A stretch of DNA of 63,207 bases, filler included, from Octopus bimaculoides (Eukaryota), in the NCBI RefSeq assembly GCF_001194135.2. It is 6 parts of 6 records of this genome, joined end to end, with 100 filler letters (N's around TTAATTAATTAA, not from the genome) between each part and the next. Parts side by side here need not be neighbours in the genome. Positions count along the whole stretch, not along the records: positions 19,064 to 41,027 come from NC_068988.1; positions 41,128 to 54,856 come from NC_068991.1; 4 more parts are not named here. One strand, given 5' to 3'. A program made the translations under genes and the position numbers. Positions 39,423 to 52,874 of the stretch are shown here, piece after piece (positions within the stretch are counted from its first letter, which is position 1; every line of letters begins with the position of its first letter). The notes under the pieces are model-generated. The model made no database searches and was not told the origin of the DNA. It worked only from the letters and a program-made list of their open reading frames with translations.

Positions 39423-40992
39423 TGCATTCCAAATTATTAACGATGTAACATTTTATTTTATTTAAAAACTACTTGTTGGAATTCAGCAAAATTTCCACAG
39501 AATGATGGTAAGAGTTAAGTGTGCGCGGTGTGTAGAAAAAACAAAGTTTTCCACAAGTGTAAACAAACCACGGCCATTTGCATGATTTCCACGAACTTTC
39601 AGTGTTCCAAATTGTTAAAGAGTGGTCTACTAATCAAGTAATTATGGGTTGTAAATGTGACTTAACTGCTTGAGAGAAATCTGTTATTACTTCTAAATTT
39701 GCAGAAGATAAATCAGCATTAGAAATATCTAAAATAATTGGAAGATATCATCAAACTGTGGAAAATTTGTCACAACTCCTTTGAAGATGTGTAAGAGAGC
39801 TGACAAGGGTCAGTCGAGGGCTGTTTCTCAACATTTTCTGTCATGAATTAAGTGTGAAGCTTTAAAGAACCCAAGTCTTAGAAGTGGAGAACTTTTCAAG
39901 TGCATTGGTGAAGCAACTGTATCCAGAACTACTCAATGTCATCTGAAGATGGTTGGTAAACCAGTGACATCAGTTAAAAGGCTTCATTTAAACAAAATAC
40001 ACATACAAAATCATCTGAAGTGGACAGAAGATAACATGATGGTCATTTTTGTTTATGGATGATACTCATACTACCCTTTATGGACCTGGTGGTTGAAGCA
40101 AGAGATGGGTTGCAAATGGATGAGATCGTCATCAATGCTTGAGACGCCAACAAGGAAGAGGAGGCATCAGGATTTGGGCAGGTATTATTGGAGGTATTAT
40201 GGTTGGTCCTTGGAAAGTACCTGATGGTGTTACAATGACTGTGGATGTTTATATAGCCTTTCTGAGGGTGCACCTTGAATCTTGGTTAAAAAGGCAAAGG
40301 ACCACCTTCAAGACAACCATAATATTCATGCAAGATAATGCACCCTTGCACTCAGCAAAGAAAACTACAGAATATCTGCAACAATCAGACTTCTGTAAAC
40401 CTTGGAAGATGAAATGGCTTGCCTGTTTCCCCAACTTAAACCCAATAGAAAACTTGAAGTGTATTCTAAAACAATGAGTTTACAAGAATGGACACCAATT
40501 TAGGAGCAAGGATGAACTATGGCTAGCAATGGTGCATGTACCTCATGGTATAACATCAGAGGAGATCCAGAAATTAACATGTTCCATGGGCCAGCACCTT
40601 TTCCAACATTTCAAACAAAGGCTAATATATCCCTTTATATCCCTTACTAAGCAGTTCAATCATTTTTGAATGCTGTTTATTTGTTTATTTCTATTTCTTC
40701 CATGTTTATGACCACATGTGTTTATTTCAGTAACTACATCAAACAATCAAATTAATATTTTCTTATTTACATGACACTTAATTACACCAGGCTAATAATC
40801 TGAAACAGTGAAAGTATATATGTAAATTTGGTAAATGGCCGTAGTTTCTGTGTTGTTTTACAGAACCTCATGCTTTTTATACACCATGCGCATATAACGG
40901 ATGCCATCATTCTGTGAAAATTTGGTTGGATTACAACAAGTAGTTTTTAAATAAAATAAAAAGATGTTATGTTGTTAATACTTTGAAACACA

Positions 40993-40993
<1 letters not shown>
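39418..40993 (+). mobile_element. Near full-length decayed Tc1-family (DD34E) transposon with long diverged TIRs
   Basis: MGCKCDLTA*EKSVI... start, RRQQGRGGIRIWAGII, FMQDNAPLHSAK and CFPNLNPIENL motifs; about 200-bp inverted ends; TA flanks. Confidence 0.9.
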
Positions 40994-41027
<34 letters not shown>

Positions 41028-42214
41028 NNNNNNNNNNNNNNNNNNNNNNNNNNNNNNNNNNNNNNNNNNNNTTAATTAATTAANNNNNNNNNNNNNNNNN
41101 NNNNNNNNNNNNNNNNNNNNNNNNNNNTGAGAATGTGTTTATATTTGTTTCTAAGAGTTCTTTTGTAGCAACCATGTATAAGATCATTATGTATGTTTGC
41201 GTGTATAAGTACTGAAGTTGATAGCATTGTGTGTGTGTGTGTGTGTGTGTGTGTATGCCTGCGTGTGTGTATGCCTGTGTGTGTGTATGCCTGTGTGTGT
41301 ATATGTTTGTTGGGGTTGGTTTTATGTATGTATACATGTGTTGTTATGTAGCAGTAAGTTGNNNNNNNNNNTATATATATACACATTATATATATATATA
41401 TACACATATATATATATATATCCTGTGCTCTGAAGAAGTTTCACCCCTAAAAATTAAGACCTCTGATAACAGTTTTCTAGTTTATTGAAAGAAGTCATGC
41501 ATGATCCTTATTCTGAATGCTTGGTTCATGAGAACATTTTTTTTTTCTCCTGAAAAATAAAGTGAATTCTTTGAGAATGCCTGGTTTAAACAAGTTTAAC
41601 TCTTCAACATTGATGCATGTGGACACAGATTCAAATGGTTTTCTTTTGAGTTTCTTTTCATTTTCTATTTAAAAATAAGAGTTTTTTTTTTTTATTTTGG
41701 GATCACACATATGTATTATGGTTATGTCTGCTCAGAATCAAATGAAAATGTTTATCGTTAAATGAGAATGTGTTTATATTTGTTTCTAAGAGTTCTTTTG
41801 TAGCAACCATGTATAAGATCATTATGTATGTTTGCGTGTATAAGTACTGAAGTTGATAGCATTGTGTGTGTGTGTGTGTGTGTGTGTGTATGCCTGCGTG
41901 TGTGTATGCCTGTGTGTGTGTATGCCTGTGTGTGTATATGTTTGTTGGGGTTGGTTTTATGTATGTATACATGTGTTGTTATGTAGCAGTAAGTTGGTAA
42001 TTTAAATTTTACTTTGGGGGTTTTTTGTTACATTCTAAGCTTTACTTTTTAATCAGCTTTTTTTGTAATACAGTGCTTTCACACCAGTATCACATAACTC
42101 TCTCTCTCAGTACTACTGCATGTACACACACACACACACATTCATACACACGTGCATACATACATACACTCAAACACTCATTCACACACATCACACACAC
42201 TTTCTCACATACGA

Positions 42215-42259
<45 letters not shown>

Positions 42260-42683
42260 CGGCCAGAAATACACTTAAACCCAAACTGATATAATCTATG
42301 ATGTTTATTTTTTTTTTCTTAATTTTAATTTTGTATAAATTGTTTTAATTGTTTTCTTTATTTTTGACTCCTACTATTTTATGATTTCTTTAAAAAAAAA
42401 TATATCTTGAAATAAAAAGTATCATGGATTATATTAGTAAGTATAGGTGCTCTTAGAACTGTGTTGCAACTCTTCCATGCTGCTAGTTGCAAAACCAGTG
42501 AACAAAAAAAATTTTTAAAAAAAAAGGAAGAAAGAAATGAAAGAAGAAAGAAAAATTTTAAAACTTATTTGGGAAAAAAAAAGGGGAGTATTTTCAGAGG
42601 TATATCTTGTTTTTAGACTGTTCCAACCTCAATATGTACAAAGTTAGTCCTTTCTCAACTTTCTTTGTTTTCTCTATGGGCAG

Positions 42684-42760
42684 TGCTCAACTCTGGTTTC
42701 CCTAGTCTTAAGCAGATTTGATACAAATCTTCTATTGGATACGAATCTGTTCCATAGCAT
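42684..42760 (+). CDS. Candidate exon (CSTLVSLVLSRFDTNLLLDTNLFHS-I), phase 0 to 2
   Basis: Long pyrimidine tract ending GGGCAG and donor CAT|GTAACT; only phase 0 is open. Confidence 0.25.
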
Positions 42761-43517
42761 GTAACTTTCCAATAAAAAAATCTCTGGTGCCTATACTCCA
42801 CAACTTGAATAACAGAGGCAAAGTAGGATGAAACATCCTATCCAGTAACACAACGAAACACCAGCAGTGGGTTTGAACTCCTGAACCCTAAGCCGACTGT
42901 CCAATACTGTATATTTATTCAACCATGTCATTTCTATATCTGACATGGTTGACTTATGCTTTGTTCCACAATAGATTTGTCTCTTATCTGCTTAATTCTA
43001 CAGAAACTGCCACGAAGTGAAGGCTTTATAAACCCATGCAGTTTGTGAAAGGATTCACTTAAATTAATATGTATATGTAATATTTAATATTAACTTGTTT
43101 CCAATCAGTTGATTAAACTCATTATAAACTTCTGCAATCTACAAACCAATTTTTAATTATAATTTTCATAAAATTACTTACTGTGTCTGAAAATTCAGAC
43201 TCATTCAGTGAATGATTAATTGAATGTTTCATTCAACATTCTGCAGATCAAAATAAGATGAAGGAATATATTCTAAGAGAATAGAAGATGAGAATGTAAC
43301 AATGGCAACATCACAGCTGGTGTTGATGAGTTTCCTCTTTCTTTAAATCAATAATATATACTTGTATTTATGTATATACATGCATGCATACATAAATACA
43401 TGTGTGTGTATGTGTGGTGTGTATGTGTATACAAATGTATGTATATATATATATATGTATGTATACATTTCTGAATGTATGGATATATGTACATGTATAC
43501 CTATATGAAAGTATATG

Positions 43518-43575
<58 letters not shown>

Positions 43576-43621
43576 TAGATAGATAGATACACACACACAC
43601 ATACGTACATATATGTATATA

Positions 43622-44856
43622 TCAAGTCATTAAGAATGAAATGTCTGATTTTGAACTGAAAGTTTATTTTACTTTATCTCAACAAAAAGCAATGCACCTA
43701 AATTATCAACACAGTTTTGCCATTTTATCAGTAGCCTATTTATACCTGCAGTGAAGAATTCTGGAGTGCAAGAGGCAATGAAAGGCTGTTTTTATATCTC
43801 CTTCAGATTTGAAGTTTTTTCCTTGCAAAAAGTTGTCTTTTGCCTGGAAAACATGATAGTCAGTTGGTGCAAGGTCTGGTGGATGACAGAGTACTTCCAA
43901 ATTCAGTTACTGTAACTTGAGTAGCTTTCTTTGTGCAACATGTGGTTCAGCATTGTCTTGCAAGAGAATTGGCCTGTTTCTATTAACCAATTTTGGTTGT
44001 TTAATTGCAAATTCACTCCTCATTTCATCCAATTGGTTGATGTATACATCCACTGTAATTGACTTACCAGGTCTCATGAAGCTGTATTGGATGACCCCAG
44101 CGCTGGACCCCCAAACAGACACCATTAGTTTTTTTCTGGTGAATATTCTTTTTTGGATTGTATTTTGGCACTTCATCTCTATCCAACCACTGTGCAGAAT
44201 GCTTGTTATTGTTGAAAAGAATCCATTTTTAATACGATGCTAAAATGGTTTTCTTTTATGCTGTGAAGGCAAAGAACAGCAAGTTTCAAGATAATGTGTC
44301 ATTTGATGCTCATTCAGTTCATGTGGTATCCACTTGTCCAGCTTCTTTACCTTGCTGATTTGTTTCAGATGGTTCAATACAGTTAGAATCAAAACATCAA
44401 ACCTTGCTGCTAACTCATGTATAGTTTGAGATATCTGCTTCCACTACAGTTTCCAGTTCATCAGCCCCGTGGTAGACCTGAGCCCTTGGTTTCAGGTCTA
44501 CCATGGGGCTGATTTTCAAGAGTAAAGTTATCAAGCCAAAACTTCTCAAACCATCGCCATACAGTACGCCCATTCGCCACATCTTCACCAAGCACCTCAT
44601 TGACGTTTCTAGCTGTCTGGGATGCATTGGTTCCATGCTGGAACTCATATTCATAAACAAGACAAATTTTTGATCTCTCAATGGGTTCACAAAAATTGAT
44701 TTACAAGAGAAAACTCACAATATAATCAGACACCATGAATTGCATTTTGCGAAGTGATGTTGTAAAACAAAGAATTGTCAGGATAAAAACATTAGAGTTA
44801 ATGGTTGTCAAATTTGGTGCATAAGAAAATCAGACATTTCATTCTTAATGACCTGA
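43622..44856 (-). mobile_element. Full-length decayed mariner (Hsmar1/SETMAR-like) transposon
   Basis: 30-bp TIRs TCA(A/G)GTCATTAAGAATGAAATGTCTGATTT with 1 mismatch; ORF remnants KKLMVSVW...ILLQDNAEPHVA and an N-terminal HTH. Confidence 0.92.
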
Positions 44857-45007
44857 TGTATGTGTGTGTGTGTGTGTGAGCGCATGTGAATACATATTTA
44901 TATATATGTATATANNNNNNNNNNTCATTCTTAATGACCTGATGTATGTGTGTGTGTGGGGGGGGGGGGAATATATACATGTATATATTCGTGTGTGTTT
45001 GTGTGTG

Positions 45008-45885
45008 TACAGGGTGTTCGGGTTAAATTTGACAGTTTGCATAAAAGGTAATGAAAACACGATATCCCATCCAAGAATGAAAATATTTTTTAAAAAATCA
45101 GCTAAATAATGGCTTTGAGATAACAATTTACTCAAAGTAGCCGGCCTCATCTTCCACTATAGCCTCAAGAAAAGCTCCAGAACCTGGCATGAGTTTTCCC
45201 AAAGTATCCCTGGGAAGGTCTTTGAATACCTCCTTGATGTTGGCCAATAACTCAGCCTTGGTGTTGCAGACAGAGTGGTTGGTATCTCTCTCAACTACAC
45301 CCCACATGTAGTAATCCATGGGATTACAATCAGTGGAATTAGAACGACAGAAATTGGGGCTGGTAAAGTCATAGAAATTCTCCGACAACCACTTCTAACT
45401 CTTTCTGGAGGTTATGGCAAGGAACTGAATCCTGTTATCTACACATGTAGCCTTCCAGGCCACTGTTTGATCACAGTCTCCAGCAGCTTCAGAAAACCAT
45501 CTGAAGTGAGCCTTAGGCTCTGTTCAAAGATTTGGAGATGAAATCTGGCATATGGATGCAGTCAGAACACCTGTTGTATCCCTTCCTGCTGGCCACGGCT
45601 TCAGAGCCTCTATTGCAAATGTTCATGTTATGTCTTACAGCCTTTACAATGTTTACAGAGCATTAAGCAGCAGTCATAATGTCAGCATTTTGATACCCAG
45701 CACAAATCATCATGATACAAGTAACTCATTTACTATATACAGATGGCCTCCAGTCCTCCATGCCAACTAACTTCTTCTCAACTACAACATTTTATGCTCT
45801 CCAGTACAGTTAATTGTTCACCAATGCACCAAGCTGTCCATGAGAAAAAGAGACATAAAGATCAAACTAGCCTAAACTCTCCATG
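45008..45885 (-). mobile_element. Internally deleted maT/DD37D-type transposon
   Basis: ORF 45128-45388: SNSTDCNPMDYYMWGVVERDTN...LEAIVEDEAGYFE. Confidence 0.8.
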
Positions 45886-46182
45886 CGTGTGTGTATATAT
45901 ATATATGCATATGTATGTGTGTATATATATATTATATATATATGTTTATATATATATCATATGTATATGTATATATAAAATGTGGGTTTAGTTCACAGGT
46001 GATCTAAATGATTAGGTACACTAGGTAAGTGCTCTAATGGATTACTAGGGCTCCAAGGTTATAGCTGAGATAGAGCCATGGTAGATTTCTGATATAGCGG
46101 ATATATAATTTTTAAAAAGGACATCTCTTATAGAGATTTTAACACTATGTGTGTGTGTGTGTGTGTTGTATAAGTATATGTA

Positions 46183-46220
<38 letters not shown>

Positions 46221-46225
46221 CATTG

Positions 46226-46756
46226 TGCAAAGCAAACATCTCAAGTCATATACATTATTATTATTGGAAAAAAAATTTGAAGTCTTACAACTGTTTCTGA
46301 ATATCCCAGAGTATGGGATATTCTATCATTGGAGACAAATAGGGAAAATGAGAAGGGCATAGATTAATGAAATGATGACATTGAGGACAGGAGTAAAGGA
46401 ATAAGGAGATGAAGAAAAAAGAAGAGAAAAGAAGCATAAAAGTTCACAGTTCAACTTTCTGATCGTGTGGAAGTAAGTCTGTAAGTCCTCAGGTGCAATC
46501 CTGTTTAAATCCAGGATTGCACCTAAGGACTTATGATCAGAAAGTTGAACTGGGAACTTTTATGCTTCTTTTCTCTTCTCTTTCTTCATCTCCTTATTTC
46601 TTTACTCCTGTCTTCTATGTTGTCATTTCATTATTCTATACCTTTCTCATTTTCCATATTTATCTCTGATGATAGAATATCTCAGAAACAACTAAGACTT
46701 TGAATTTTTTTTTCTCAATAATAATAATGTATATGACTTGAGATGTTTGCCTTGCA
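46226..46756. repeat. About 530-bp fold-back (inverted repeat) with 8-nt loop
   Basis: Arms 46226-46503 and 46512-46756 are reverse complements with scattered mismatches and indels; loop TTTAAATC. Confidence 0.92.
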
Positions 46757-46782
46757 TTAACACATTTATTGTCCTCTTTAAC

Positions 46783-46859
<77 letters not shown>

Positions 46860-47182
46860 TATGTATGTATGTAATACAGGAAGATGGAATGACCAGGCTT
46901 TAATCCAAACCACTACAATTGTTTCTGTGCATTAGTATCAGCTGATAATTGCTGAATGTTTCAGATATACACATTATTGCATTAATATGAACCAACAACA
47001 TCTGTGTACCTGCATGTCTTCTGGTGAGTGTATTCAAGAGTAGTGCTCTTGATTGAACCCACTCTCCTGAAAACATGCAGTAAAAGGAGCATTCCTGCTG
47101 TATGATAACAATAACTGATAACTGTAGAGGAGCATTGTAGAGCATGCTATAAGGTTATTACCCTGATGATAATATATATATG

Positions 47183-47215
<33 letters not shown>

Positions 47216-47235
47216 TTTTGTATGTATATAAATAC

Positions 47236-47321
<86 letters not shown>

Positions 47322-47344
47322 GTTATATATAAATGTATGTATAC

Positions 47345-48262
47345 ACAGGGTACATAAAATATCTGGGGACAGATTTATGTGTATAAAAAAATAACAACTT
47401 TATTATCAAAAAATGCAATGAGGATGAAAATAAACCTTTTTTTCAATAATGTTATTCAATAAAGCCACCTTCAGTTACAGCAACTGATTCTATACGAGAT
47501 CCAAATCATCTACATGCTCAAATCAAGTGGTTCTGGTTCATTTTGGACATTACTCTGACTATGGTGGCTTTTGAAGAATCTTGCGTGTTATGTGCATGTT
47601 CATTGAACTCTCTCTCAACAACACTCCACATGTGGATTGAGATCTGGGGAATAAGCAGGCCAAATGATAGAGGTTATGTGATCATGAAAATTTTCAACCA
47701 TCCTTTCCTACATTACTTGAGCCTTGTGTGATGGTGTAAAGTCTTGCGAAAACACATATGGCTTTCCATTGTGTACACTGTCTATCCAGGGCTTAACACC
47801 TGTTTCCAGGATCTCAATGTAGGTGGCAGAATTAACTCTAAACCCTTGTGGAAAGAAGTAAGGTGGCATCACATGTCCTCCATTGCTGACAACTCTTAAA
47901 GCCATGACAGTTACAGCAAATTTCCTATGTATAACACTTGCACATAACCATCTGTCATTTCTTTTGTTAACTTTTTGATCTTGGTTGAACTTTTTCTCAT
48001 CTGAGAAAAACCAAATCAGATCTTCTTCTGTTGATTTTTTCTGTTGATATAAGAGCCTTTTAGATCTGGTGTAGCAATTTTATTTTGCTTTTTCTGATAT
48101 AAATTGACTTTTTCTCAGTGAGAAGACCAGTATACCAAGACTTCTGGGGCTAAAAAATGGTAGCAATGTAATTCCATACAGAACAGCCATGTTGCAGTGG
48201 TAACAAACATTACTTTTCAGAATTGTTACTACTTACATCTCTTACAGAGATTTTAACACTAT
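47345..48262 (-). mobile_element. Decayed maT/DD37D-type transposon
   Basis: ORF 47708-47905: VVSNGGHVMPPYFFPQGFRVNSATYIEILETGVKPW...YVFSQDFTPSH. Confidence 0.85.
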
Positions 48263-48278
48263 GTGTGTGTTGTATAAG

Positions 48279-48310
<32 letters not shown>

Positions 48311-48327
48311 TGTGTATGTGTGTGTGC

Positions 48328-49543
48328 ATCAGATTGAGTTAGAAGTTTTCTCATATTTCAAGCTTTAATTAATAGTTCAATCAAAGTACTTATGAAAAGC
48401 ATTTATCCATCAAAATGTATTCCATCATATTGTATTGTCTCTTGCTATCTTTGAACCAGAAACTCAGTTCCATACTTATACAATTTCATTGGTTTAGAGA
48501 TAAACCTCATCCACATTGTTGAACCTCCGTCCATCCAGGAAATGAGCTATGGCTCAGAAAAGGTGGTAATCTGATGATGCAGAATCTGGACTGTAGGCAG
48601 GGTAAAGTAGCACTTCCAGCCCCTCAAGTTCTCAAGTTTGCTCTTGGTTACATTAGCAGCATGTGCTGAGGTATTGTCATGCTGTAGGTGTGTATATCTT
48701 TGATTGCTCAATGTCAGGTAGAGGGCTTTCAAAGCATCATATACTTGTTGCAGTTGTTGAGGTTAGTGTTTACAGCATGATCGTCTGGGAAAAGCCCAAA
48801 ATGTAACACCTGACTGAGATTCCACCAAAACATACAACATGGCCTTCTGTTCAAATGACCCTTGTTTGACAACTGGTTCTGAAGTGTGATCAGAGTGAAG
48901 CTACCGATTTTTCTTATTAAGATTATGAAAATAGATCCAATTTTCATTGCCATTTGCATTTCAACACCAAAAACAGGCATCTAGCAGTTGTTTGCAAATT
49001 TTTACATATCATTGAGCCAGGTCATTGGTCAGTTCACAAGAAGCATCTTGATAATGTCTATTCACAAGGCTGAGCTTATGGAGGTGTCAACTGATGGTGC
49101 TTTGTGAAGGAGCAAGTTCGATCAACAATGTATGAGTACTTGTGCTTGACTGTCCAACCATTACAGAAAGTCTTCCTGGCCGTGATTTGTCTTTGGAGCT
49201 GTTGTCATCTTTCTTGAAACATCTGAACCAGTTTTGTACCACATGTTTGTTGACACTTCTTGGGCCTTGCACATCATTAATTTCTTTTGTCACTGCCCAT
49301 GCATTCAGTCCTTTTTTCACAGGTCGTGTAAAATGGCTCTCATTGCAATTTTTTTCACCACATATTATCCAAGCTGTAAAATAAAGAATAAACAATTATT
49401 GTTCGCATTTTATATACGAGAATAAAGAATAAACAATTCAGCAATGAATGGACAAGTTGTATCAAATTAATGATATAACATGGAGATATGAGTTAACAGA
49501 AATTATGACTGAAAATCCAAAAGAACTTTTGACTCAACCTGGT
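48328..49543 (-). mobile_element. Decayed mariner transposon
   Basis: LQHDNTSAHAANVTKSKL and VVQNWFRCFKKDD...KDKSRPGR motifs; diverged inverted ends. Confidence 0.85.
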
Positions 49544-49546
49544 ATA

Positions 49547-49582
<36 letters not shown>

Positions 49583-49664
49583 CATTTATATGTGCATATA
49601 TAGGGATATATGTGTATGTGCATGCATATATGTATATTTACATATGTAAATATGTAAACACAGG

Positions 49665-51305
49665 AATTCAAGACAGGATGCCCCTGGGAGCTCCTCTATG
49701 CTGATGAGCTTGCGCTAATTGGTGAGTCACTATCAGATCTAGAGGAGAAGTTTCAGGTGTGGAAGCAAGGACTAGAATCGAAGGGCCTTAGAGTCAACCT
49801 AGATAAAACCAAAGTCCTAATAAATAGGAAGGTAGACAAAACACAAACCCCTTCAGGTAGATGGCCCTGCTCAATCTGTAGAAAAGGCGTAGGTAGAAAC
49901 TCTATAAGATGTAACCAGTGCAAGCTATGGACACACAAGAGGTGCAGTAATATCAAAGGAAGGTTAACTAGGAAGTTAGTTTTTGTATGTGGCAGATGTT
50001 CAGGAGCAATAAACACTGAAACTGTGCAGAAAACAACTTCTGCCATATTCCAGGGAGAAAAGCTAGACGTAGTTGATAGCTTCGCTATCTAGGTGACCAA
50101 GTTAGTAGTGGGGGAGGGTGCACTGAAAGTGTAACTGCTAGAATAAGAATAGTCTGGGCAAAGTTCAGAGAGCTCTTACCTCTGCTGGTGACAAAGGGCC
50201 TCTCACTCAGAGTAAAAGGCAGACTGTATGACGCATGTGTACGAACAGCCATGCTACATGGCAGTGAAACATGGGCCGTGGCTGCTGAGGACATGCATAA
50301 GCTCGCAAGGAATGAAGCCAGTATGCTCCAATGGATGTATAATGCCAGTGTGCATACTAGACAGAGTGTAAGTACCTTGAGAGAAAAGTTGAACCTAAGA
50401 AGCATCAGTTGTGGTGTACAAGAGAGACAATTGCGCTGGTATGGTCATGTGGCGAGAATGGATGAGGATAGCTGTGTGAAAATGTGCCACACTCTAGCGG
50501 TTAGGGAACCTGTGGAAGAGATAGAGGGGGGAAGACCTGGGATGAGGTGGTGAAGCACGACCTTCGAACGTTAGGCCTCACCGAGGCAATGACTTGTGAC
50601 TGAGATATATGCTGTGCGTGAGAAGACTTGGCAAGCCAAGTGAGACCATAATCCAAAGCTTCTGCCAGGGGTGTAGCCAGCCCACTTACGCGTACCTTTC
50701 CTTCATTGGACACTAAACTCGGCTTGCGAAGACCTGTTGAGGCAAGTGAAATCGAACTAAATTCGACGACTGGCACCCATGCCAACGTCTCCTTCATTGG
50801 ACACTAAACTCGGCTTGCGAAGACTTGTTGGGGCAAGTGAAAGCGAAATCGTGATGGCACCTGTACCAGTGGAGCGCTAAGAGCACCATCCGAGCATGAT
50901 CGTTGCCAGAGCAGCTGTCTGGCTTCCGCGCCAGTGGCACGTAAATAGCACCATTTGAGCGTAAGGGTTACCAGCGTCGCCTTCCTGGCACTTGTGCCGG
51001 TGGCACGTGAAAAGACATTCGAGCAAGGTCGTTGCCAGTGCCGCCAGACTGGCTCCTGTGCAGGTGGCATATAAAATACACCATTTTGAGCGTGGCCATT
51101 ACCAGTACCGCCTGACTGGCCTTCGTGCCGGTGGCATGTAAAAGCACCCACTACACTCTCGGAGTGGTTGGCGCTAGGAAGGGCATCCAGCTGTAGAAAC
51201 TCTGCCAAATCAGATTAGAGCCTAGCGTAGCCATCTGGTTCGCCAGTCCTCAGTCAAATCGTCCAACCCATGTTAGCATGGAAAGCGGACGTTAAACGAT
51301 GATGT
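49665..51305 (+). mobile_element. 5'-truncated RTE-clade LINE (RT C-terminal half with PHD insertion, repeat-containing 3' UTR)
   Basis: WELLYADEL, GLRVNLDKTKVL, KGRLYDACVRTAMLHGSETW and QLRWYGHVARM motifs; 3' tail CCAACCCATG...GGACGTTAAACGATGATG. Confidence 0.92.
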
Positions 51306-51334
51306 ATATATATATATATATATATATGCACCAC

Positions 51335-52545
51335 CAGATGAGGGAGCAAGGGACCCTGCCAATGAGTAAGTGCTTCTCCTGTCAATGCTAAGTGCTTCAC
51401 CTGCAGTTGCCTTACTTGGTAGATAGCATCAGTAGTGCTTCTCCTTGGCATAAAGTCAAACCTCATCTCATCTAGGTTAACTATATTCCTAATTAGTTGT
51501 GCTATGAACCTTTCTATAATATTCATCATCTGGATACAAAACCGAATTGCATCTCATCTAAGCTAATTCTCTTACTAATTAATTGAGCAATGACCTCTTC
51601 TATAGCTTTCATGATCTGATCCAGCAATTTGTTACCTCAGTAATCACTTTTATTTATGGACTCCTTTACTTTTGTAGCAGCTCACTATATGCTGTTATAC
51701 CAGTCACCGTGTATGACAGTTTCCTGTATAATCTGATTAACTGTATGGATGGCTAGACCATATCCTACTCAGCCAAATATTTCAACTCAGTGATAATTCC
51801 TGATGGACCAGGAGCTTTCTGCCTTCATATCCTTAATTGCTTTGCTTATCATACTGCTGTCAACTCTGATAACTCGGCCCTCTGTTGGGTCCACATTGAG
51901 AAGACCCACTTTCTCCCAGAAATTCTCTACATTTAATAGCTTTTCATAATAGCACATTTGTGTTGGTTTCCTATTCCACCACCACATTGCCTTTGGTCTG
52001 GCTGGAATTTTGCTCCAACTACACATCTAGTTGTTCGTTACCCTCAATAAAATGTCCTAAAGTATTGCTTTGTCCTCCTCTACGTTTTAAACCTCTGTCT
52101 CTTCCTACTTCTTATCAAATCCTTCAAGTAATGCTTCTCTAAATTTCTGCTTGTTCACTGAATCTTTAAGTTTCCATAACTTCTTTTTCCAGACTGTTTT
52201 GCATCTTGATTCCCTTTAGCTCGAAGTCTGAAGTTGCAAGCCACTAACCTATGTTGGGTTGTTCATTCCTCTAATGGGAAGTACTTTGTATTTATAAGTA
52301 TCTGTTTATTTCATTTTCTGGTGAGAAGTAGCCAACCTGGCTTGTATACCCATCAGTTTGGTAGGTGATCAGGTAATTGGTCGGTTTCCTGAAGTTTGCG
52401 TTGCAGATCATCAGGTCAATTTTATCACAGAATTCCAAGTGCCTTGTCCCTTCTCATATCTAGGACCAAATCCAAAGCCTCCATATCCACCATAGAATCT
52501 ATTGAGTTGTTGCCTAGCATATTCATAGAAATCACCAACTACAGT
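51335..52545 (-). mobile_element. Decayed RTE LINE middle fragment (APE C-terminus to RT N-terminus)
   Basis: VVGDF...GGFGFG, WWWN, YYEKLLNVEN and FMPRRSTTDAIYQVRQLQ motifs. Confidence 0.85.
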
Positions 52546-52874
52546 GTCCTTCGTCATCGAAGGTTGGAGGGTTATCGCCTGAGTTGTGCAAAGACACCAT
52601 CCACCAGGTGTAGTAGTGAATTACCAACGAATGGTTGATGCAGTGACGCGCTGATACAATGCATGCTTCCATATTATCACCACTACTGATGAAACATATA
52701 CAGTAAGTTTGGGAAAATAAAATAAATGAATGATGGCAAATTTAAAGAAAGGGAAAAGTCGGTATTCGTATAAATCTATCAGCTGTTGACCAGGCATAGC
52801 TCAGCTTCTCTTATTCGCCACAGGCAGAGACAGCCACACTGATCCAGAAACAACCAAGCAGCGTTACTACAGAT

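Noticed and set aside
41128-42000. Exact direct duplications next to gaps (41128-41361 vs 41762-41995; also 37274 vs 37213, 44926 vs 44840, about 57415-57543 vs 58290-58418, 59797 vs 59305)
   Set aside because: Identical copies that end at N runs are most simply unmerged contig overlaps or haplotypes, not tandem duplications.
43247-43350. Acceptor-like TTCAACATTCTGCAG followed by coding-looking sequence
   Set aside because: All three frames stop within 13 codons and there is no good donor. It is usable only as a short terminal exon (DQNKMKEYILRE*) under the frameshift hypothesis, so it is not called.
50690-51150. Regularly spaced direct repeats resembling a CRISPR-like array
   Set aside because: These are degenerate tandem repeats in the RTE 3' UTR with no unique spacers, in a eukaryotic context with no cas genes.
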